Source of the DNA: an uncultured Herbinix sp.
GTDB lineage: Bacteria; Bacillota; Clostridia; Lachnospirales; Lachnospiraceae
DNA: 43,022 bases
Direction: 5' to 3'
NCBI GenBank assembly: GCA_964508985.1
Contig: CAZDWP010000001.1
Location: 1,654-44,675 of the forward strand
Of the stretch, positions 37,472 through 43,022 are shown piece after piece (the stretch's first letter is position 1; each line of letters starts with the position of its first letter). The position numbers and the translations under genes were made by a program. Below the pieces are notes generated by a model. That model searched no databases. It was not told the origin of the DNA and saw only the letters and a program-made list of their open reading frames with translations.

Positions 37472-38713
37472 TTATGATAATGAATGTATAAATAATCCGC
37501 TTCTAAGCTTCGGTTCAAACCATGTTGATTTGGGAGGCATAAGCTTTCCTGCATCCGATACGGCAAATAATTCAGTAATAGAGGTTGGATACATGGAGAA
37601 CGCGACACGCATATCCTCGGATACACGTCTTTCCAGTTCCTTTAGACCTCTGATTCCCCCTATAAAGTCAATTCTTTTATCAACCCTTGGATCCCCAATA
37701 CCCAGGATAGGATGTAGAAGATAATCTTGCAATATAGATACATCCAGCGAATCAACAGGATCATTAATGTTTCTTATATCCTCTTTTGCCCTTAAGCGGT
37801 ACCAGCTACCATCCAAGAACATTCCGAATGACGCCTTCTCCTGTGGAGTATAGGCTATAGCACCTTGCTCAACAACCTCGAAATCTTCCTTTATCTTGCC
37901 AAGAAATTGCTCCTTGCTAAGCCCGTTTAAGTCTTTCACCGCTCTGTTATAAGGCATAATCATTAGCTGATCATGGGGAAATAATACAGAAAGAAAATAG
38001 TTAAAGCTCTCGGTTCCCAAATATCCCGGATTCTCCTTCCTTCTCTTCAACCCCACCTTAACAGCCGAAGCGGATCTGTGGTGACCATCGGCTATATATA
38101 TATATGCGACCTTGGAGAATGCTTCCCTAAGAACTACAACCTTCTCCGGATCCGATATTCTCCATACATGATGCCCTATTCCATCATCGGAAGTAAAGTG
38201 GTAAAGAGGCTCCTCTTTCTTCGCTTTCTCTACCACGGCATTGATTTCCTCCCTTGAGCGATAGGCAAGAAAAATCGGTCCTGTCTGTGCATTACAGACA
38301 TCCACATGACATATTCTATCCTGTTCCTTGTCTTCTCTGGTATTCTCATGCTTCTTTATGACATTATTAATATAATCTTCTATAGATGCACAGGCTACGA
38401 TACCGGTCTGTAATCTACCATCCATTACCAGTTCATAGACATAATAGCATTCTTTTTCATCTACCAGGAAATTACCCTGGTCAATCATTTCCTGTAAAAG
38501 CTCCTTTGCCTTCACATAGACTTTAGCGTCATATGTATCTACATCATCACTAAAGTTAGTCTCTGCACGGTCAATTCTTAGGAAAGACAAAGGTTCCTTT
38601 ATGATTTCCTGTTTTGCTTCCTCACGATTATATACATCATAGGGTAGTGCTGCAATCTTATGAGCAACAGACGGCTTGGGTCTGGTGCATATAAATGGTT
38701 TAACAACCGCCAT
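37472..38713 (-). CDS. DUF1015 family protein (ParB/Srx-like nucleotide-binding fold)
   Basis: LPYDV, IKKHENTR, GPIFL, YIADGHHR, IDFIGG, MPPKSTWFEPKLRSGL. Start at ATG 38713. Confidence 0.9.
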   Translation of the reverse strand: MAVVKPFICTRPKPSVAHKIAALPYDVYNREEAKQEIIKEPLSFLRIDRAETNFSDDVDTYDAKVYVKAKELLQEMIDQGNFLVDEKECYYVYELVMDGRLQTGIVACASIEDYINNVIKKHENTREDKEQDRICHVDVCNAQTGPIFLAYRSREEINAVVEKAKKEEPLYHFTSDDGIGHHVWRISDPEKVVVLREAFSKVAYIYIADGHHRSASAVKVGLKRRKENPGYLGTESFNYFLSVLFPHDQLMIMPYNRAVKDLNGLSKEQFLGKIKEDFEVVEQGAIAYTPQEKASFGMFLDGSWYRLRAKEDIRNINDPVDSLDVSILQDYLLHPILGIGDPRVDKRIDFIGGIRGLKELERRVSEDMRVAFSMYPTSITELFAVSDAGKLMPPKSTWFEPKLRSGLFIHSLS

Positions 38714-38769
38714 ATCATATCCTCCCACTTAGTTCTATTGATTTATTTTTCTCTTTATTTCTTGTTATG

Positions 38770-40254
38770 CTACTTTGCTGACTCAACCAGTTTCTTAAGA
38801 TTACTGCTTAAATCCTGGAGACCGGCTACAGTCGTATTTATCTTAATAATCTGATTATTCTCAGACTCGACAAATGACAGAATCTCCTGTGTAGAAGCAG
38901 AATTTTCCTCTGAAATGCTTGCCACATTGGTGATTTGCTCCTGTATAAGAGCAAAATCCTTCGCTGCAGATTCAATCTCTGATAAGCCCTTACTTAATTC
39001 CAAGTTAGTTTGCTTATAGGAATCCTTTATCTCGGTAAAATACTCAGATAACTCATGCATGGTTCTTACACTATCCGAAGCTGCTTTTTCTCCTTCAATG
39101 GAACGCATGACCGCAGCCTCAGCTTTATTAAATATATCTATTGTTACATCAGTTATATTTGTTACTATCTCTTTACTTTGCTCTGAAAGCTTTCTTACCT
39201 GCTCTGCTACAACCGCAAAGCCCCTTCCATGTTCTCCTGCCCTGGCCGATTCGATTGAAGCATTCAAGGCAAGAAGGTTTGTCTGCGTGGCAACGTCCTG
39301 AATACCTTGCAATAATACATTTATCTCCTCAAGACTATCTTTAAGCTCGCCTACAGTTTCTGCAGTGCTTATAATTGTTTTGTTAACGGTATCCATTTTC
39401 CCGTCTATAATGTTGATTTTGTTTACACCCTCGTCAACCTTATTACTCATTTCATTGGATTTTTCTGATATGCCCTTTGATATGGTCACGGTTTGGTCAA
39501 TACTTTGTAGAGAATTGCCCATAGAATCATTAATCATAAAAATACTGGAAGCTTCTTCCTCTATGGCAGCGGACATCTGCTGAACTGAATCCAATATCCC
39601 TCTGCTGGCTTCATAGACTCCTCCAAATTCCTTATTAAAGCTAACAACATTTTTATCTAGTTCTAATGTAGTATTCTCCATGGAGCTACTAGATTCCTTA
39701 AGCATCTTCATAAGCTCCTGAGCCTGTGCCTCTGTTCTTGCAGCTTTCTCTATATGCTCATTTCCCCATTTAGTAAGAAAATACAATAGAAGCATCATAC
39801 CATCTGCAGCTACAAGCATTGTAATGAAGATTTCGAAGCTTTTAACATCTAGAAGTCCTGTAGGGTTTACAATATAGGTCAGAATAAATACAGATGTAAA
39901 AATAATACCAAAGGTTACTACCAGCTTTTTATCAAAATAAAGTGCTGCCATCGTAATACATACCATAAGGATATAATGTTGATTAAGTGCAAAGCCTTCA
40001 GTAAAGAACAACGCCATTACTATAAGGAAGGGGAGCAATGGGAAAAATAGGCTTTTAAGAAATTGAGGGATAGGTAGGAAGTAATTAAGAAAACTAAGCC
40101 CTAAAATAACTGCCGAGGCTATAATCGGTAATATACTAGCTTTAAATCCAGACGAGATAACTACCAATCCACAAATCATGAAAACCAAAACAACAATTAC
40201 TGATATGTTGACCTTATGTACTCTTTTTACATCATATGTATCCTTTTGTTGCAT
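38770..40254 (-). CDS. Methyl-accepting chemotaxis protein with membrane-embedded sensor
   Basis: Hairpin-tip motif [37 protein letters not shown]; about 6 N-terminal TM helices and no extracellular domain. Confidence 0.92.
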   Translation of the reverse strand: MQQKDTYDVKRVHKVNISVIVVLVFMICGLVVISSGFKASILPIIASAVILGLSFLNYFLPIPQFLKSLFFPLLPFLIVMALFFTEGFALNQHYILMVCITMAALYFDKKLVVTFGIIFTSVFILTYIVNPTGLLDVKSFEIFITMLVAADGMMLLLYFLTKWGNEHIEKAARTEAQAQELMKMLKESSSSMENTTLELDKNVVSFNKEFGGVYEASRGILDSVQQMSAAIEEEASSIFMINDSMGNSLQSIDQTVTISKGISEKSNEMSNKVDEGVNKINIIDGKMDTVNKTIISTAETVGELKDSLEEINVLLQGIQDVATQTNLLALNASIESARAGEHGRGFAVVAEQVRKLSEQSKEIVTNITDVTIDIFNKAEAAVMRSIEGEKAASDSVRTMHELSEYFTEIKDSYKQTNLELSKGLSEIESAAKDFALIQEQITNVASISEENSASTQEILSFVESENNQIIKINTTVAGLQDLSSNLKKLVESAK

Positions 40255-40342
40255 AGTATGCCTCCTAAGGTTCTATTTTTAAAGTATTTTCTCTATTATA
40301 TTAATTTTAAGTCATTTTTCGTAAAATGCAAGTAATATTGTG

Positions 40343-40386
40343 AAAAAGGATGTCCCCATAAGATTTCTTATATGGACATCCTTTTT
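40343..40386. terminator. Intrinsic terminator after serA (symmetrical, potentially bidirectional)
   Basis: 13-bp arms AAAAAGGATGTCC / GGACATCCTTTTT with an inner ATAAGA/TCTTAT stem. Confidence 0.8.
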
Positions 40387-40406
40387 GATAATATATATTA
40401 TACTAA

Positions 40407-41585
40407 TTATTTTACTTTTCTAACATCCAGAACGCCTTCAATAGCTTTTAGCTTAGTAACTACTTCGCCATTTACTTTTGTATCTATGTCAATAACGGTA
40501 TAAGCATATTCTCCTCTACTCTTATTGACCATGTTGGCAATATTTACATTAAGCTCCGCAAAACTTCCTGTAAACTGTGTAAGCATTTTAGGTATATTCC
40601 TATGAAGTATGGCTATACGTCCCTGAGTTGTACATATTCCAGCATCACAGTTAGGATAGTTTACAGAATTCTTGATATTTCCATTTTCCATAAAATCCAT
40701 AAGCTGTTTTACTGCCATCATTGCACAATTATCCTCAGATTCCTCGGTTGAAGCTCCTAGATGAGGTATTGTAATAACCCCATCCATATTAGCAGTCTTA
40801 TCATTAGGGAAATCCGTAACATATTTTGCTATCTTGCCAGACTTTAATGCTACTTCCATATCCGCATCATTAACCAGAAGATCTCTTGCGAAGTTCAGGA
40901 TAACTACTCCATCCTTCATCTTCTCTATTGATTCCTTATTAATCATTTGCTTAGTGTTATTATCGGGATTCTCATCCTCAACAAGAGGAGTATGTACGGT
41001 AATATAGTCACAATCCTTATAGATGTCTTCTCTAGTCTTTACATGGATAACACCTCTTGATAAGTTCCATGCGCTGTCTACAGAGATGAAGGGATCATAG
41101 CCATATACAGTCATTCCCAAATGGGTAGCTGCATTTGCAACCAATACTCCGATAGCTCCAAGACCGATAACTCCGATCTTTTTACCTTTAATCTCTGTGC
41201 CTGCAAATTGCTTCTTTCCTTTTTCAACAAGCTTACCGACACCGGCTTCGCCTTTTATTGTCTGAACCCAGTTAACACCACCGATTATATCACGGGAGGC
41301 TAACATAAGTCCTGCTACAACCAGTTCCTTAACTCCGTTGGCATTAGCACCGGGAGTGTTGAATACCACTATTCCCTTTTCAGCACATTTATCTAGAGGT
41401 ATATTGTTAACACCAGCTCCAGCTCTTGCTATAGCCTTTAGGTTATCTGAGAAGTCCATATCGTGCATAGCTGCACTTCTAACTAAAATCATATCCGCTT
41501 CATTTACATCATCAGTCTTGTTATAATCATCAGTGAAAATATTCAGACCTATTGGTGCAATCGGATTAAGACAGTTATATTTCAT
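40407..41585 (-). CDS. serA: D-3-phosphoglycerate dehydrogenase (with ACT domain)
   Basis: ARAGAGVNNI, NTPGANAN, GLGAIG, NFAR, PHLGAST.ES; C-terminal ACT domain; downstream of serC. Confidence 0.93.
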   Translation of the reverse strand: MKYNCLNPIAPIGLNIFTDDYNKTDDVNEADMILVRSAAMHDMDFSDNLKAIARAGAGVNNIPLDKCAEKGIVVFNTPGANANGVKELVVAGLMLASRDIIGGVNWVQTIKGEAGVGKLVEKGKKQFAGTEIKGKKIGVIGLGAIGVLVANAATHLGMTVYGYDPFISVDSAWNLSRGVIHVKTREDIYKDCDYITVHTPLVEDENPDNNTKQMINKESIEKMKDGVVILNFARDLLVNDADMEVALKSGKIAKYVTDFPNDKTANMDGVITIPHLGASTEESEDNCAMMAVKQLMDFMENGNIKNSVNYPNCDAGICTTQGRIAILHRNIPKMLTQFTGSFAELNVNIANMVNKSRGEYAYTVIDIDTKVNGEVVTKLKAIEGVLDVRKVK

Positions 41586-41626
41586 ATTGTTTACTCTCCT
41601 TCCCTACACAGGTTCTTATCATTAAA

Positions 41627-42709
41627 TTATAAATTTTCTGCTTCAAATTTCCTCATGAAATCAACAAGAGCTTTTACCCCATCATATGGCATGGCATTAT
41701 ATATGCTTGCTCTCATACCACCAACAGTTCTATGCCCTTTCAGGCTATCGAGTCCAGCTGCTTTAGCTTCCTTAACGAATTTAGCATCCAGCTCTTCATT
41801 ACCAGTAACAAAGGGTACATTCATTAAGGAACGGTCTTCCTTCACTACAGTTCCCTTAAACAGTTTACTCTGATCAAGGAAATCATAAAGAAGCTTAGCC
41901 TTTATCTCATTCTTTTCCTTCATAGCCTCTAGGCCACCCATATTCTTAATCCATTTGAAAACCTTGCCGCAGATATAGATGCCATATGCGGGGGGTGTAT
42001 TGTATAATGAGCCGTTATCGGCTTGTGTCTTATACTTTAACATGGTAGGTGTTCCAGGTAAGGTATCCTCAGTTATTAAGTCTTCTCTAATTATAGCTAT
42101 TACCACACCAGCGGGTCCGACATTCTTCTGAACACCGCCGTATAATATACCGTATTTTGTTACATCTACAGGTTCTGATAAGAAACAGGAGGATATATCT
42201 GCTACAAGAGTCTTACCTTTAGTGTTTGGAAGAGTTTTATATTTGGTACCATAGATAGTATTGTTCTCGCATATGTACACATAATCAGCATCATCTGATA
42301 TAGGTAGGTCTGAGCAATCGGGTATATAGGTAAAGGTTTTGTCTGCGGATGAAGCAATCGCATTAGCCTTTCCATATATAGATGCTTCCTGATATGCTTT
42401 CTTAGCCCATTGTCCAGTAATGATAAAATCTGCCACCTTATTCTTCATAAGATTCATAGGAACAGCGGCAAATTGTTGAGAAGCGCCTCCCTGCAGGAAC
42501 AGTACCTTATAATTATCAGGAATATTCATTAATTCCCTTAAATCCTTCTCTGCTTCCTGTATTATACCAGCGTATGTCTTGGATCTGTGGCTCATCTCCA
42601 TAACAGACATTCCTGAGCCCTTATAGTCTAGCATTTCTTCTGCGGCTTCCGTAAGCACCTCTACAGGAAGCATAGCCGGTCCGGCTGAAAAATTATAAAT
42701 TCTTCCCAC
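41627..42709 (-). CDS. serC: Phosphoserine aminotransferase
   Basis: NFSAGPA, SVMEMSHRS, LQGGA, PLP lysine GVQKNVGPAG, YNTPP, GHRTVGGMRASIYNAM; GTG start after GAGGAGG. Confidence 0.97.
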   Translation of the reverse strand: MGRIYNFSAGPAMLPVEVLTEAAEEMLDYKGSGMSVMEMSHRSKTYAGIIQEAEKDLRELMNIPDNYKVLFLQGGASQQFAAVPMNLMKNKVADFIITGQWAKKAYQEASIYGKANAIASSADKTFTYIPDCSDLPISDDADYVYICENNTIYGTKYKTLPNTKGKTLVADISSCFLSEPVDVTKYGILYGGVQKNVGPAGVVIAIIREDLITEDTLPGTPTMLKYKTQADNGSLYNTPPAYGIYICGKVFKWIKNMGGLEAMKEKNEIKAKLLYDFLDQSKLFKGTVVKEDRSLMNVPFVTGNEELDAKFVKEAKAAGLDSLKGHRTVGGMRASIYNAMPYDGVKALVDFMRKFEAENL

Positions 42710-42831
42710 TTTCTAATCCTCCTCAATTCTTTTAATTTTTTTTTATACTAAAGCGGAGGATTTATCCTCCTTATCTTTTAACTGTTTCGATGTAATCTAT
42801 TATAACTTTAGCTTAGTAAAGTATTGTTATT

Positions 42832-42860
42832 ATTATAGAACTATGTTATTTTTTTGTCAA
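42832..42860 (-). promoter_or_regulatory. Consensus sigma-A promoter of serC-serA
   Basis: Minus strand TTGACA (42860-42855), 17 nt, TATAAT (42837-42832). Confidence 0.85.
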
Positions 42861-42979
42861 TACGTTTCTTCTATAGTTTATGCAAAAACCAAAAAACCAG
42901 TAAATCCTATATAATTTATACTACTATAATTTCATTAATATTAAAACGAAAATTTTAAATTTACCATAATTTAATTATT

Positions 42980-43008
42980 TTGACTTTTGTCTATTTTTGT
43001 TATATAAT
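42980..43008 (+). promoter_or_regulatory. Sigma-A promoter for a divergent gene beyond the window
   Basis: TTGACT-17 nt-TATAAT. Confidence 0.65.
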
Positions 43009-43022
43009 ATATGAAGTTTCAG

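Noticed and set aside
1483-41873. Numerous 60-120 aa ORFs antisense to or nested in long genes (e.g. 2278..2592, 24656..25006, 28480..28848, 31366..31695)
   Set aside because: Shadow ORFs of well-supported genes with no recognisable motifs.

Overview
AT-rich chromosomal window from an anaerobic Firmicute, most likely Clostridia/Lachnospiraceae (inferred from gene content and GGAGG ribosome-binding sites). I saw no rRNA, tRNA, CRISPR array, integrase or transposase. Left to right: (1) a minus-strand run of GH3 beta-glucosidase, HSL-type esterase, HxxxDG condensation-domain acyltransferase, Zn-ribbon membrane protein (DUF6320-like) and TraX-like protein; (2) an Fe-S aldo/keto reductase, an ABC-F ATPase and a membrane protein; (3) a 13 kb carbohydrate-utilisation locus with a YesM/YesN-type two-component system, an ABC importer, DUF3237, an SGNH esterase, a Nif3-like protein, a CE1-like esterase, a stand-alone P-loop kinase and a GH13_18 phosphorylase; (4) a complete FabT-regulated FASII cluster (fabT-fabH-acpP-fabK-fabD-fabG-fabF-accB-fabZ-accC-accD-accA) with a visible promoter and operator; (5) type III glutamine synthetase, a YesL-like protein, rubrerythrin, DUF1015, an MCP, serA and serC. 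The best candidate for an undescribed system is locus (3), which reads as a pathway to import and de-acylate sucrose derivatives, then phosphorylate (sucrose kinase) and phosphorolyse them (sucrose-6F-phosphate phosphorylase-like). Other candidates are the acyltransferase/esterase/DUF6320/TraX module, the ParB/SerK-like DUF1015 standing where SerB is missing, a 130-bp multi-hairpin MITE/REP-like element and GGTACCWGGTAC REP-like repeats. All family calls come from motifs recognised by eye, not from database searches.
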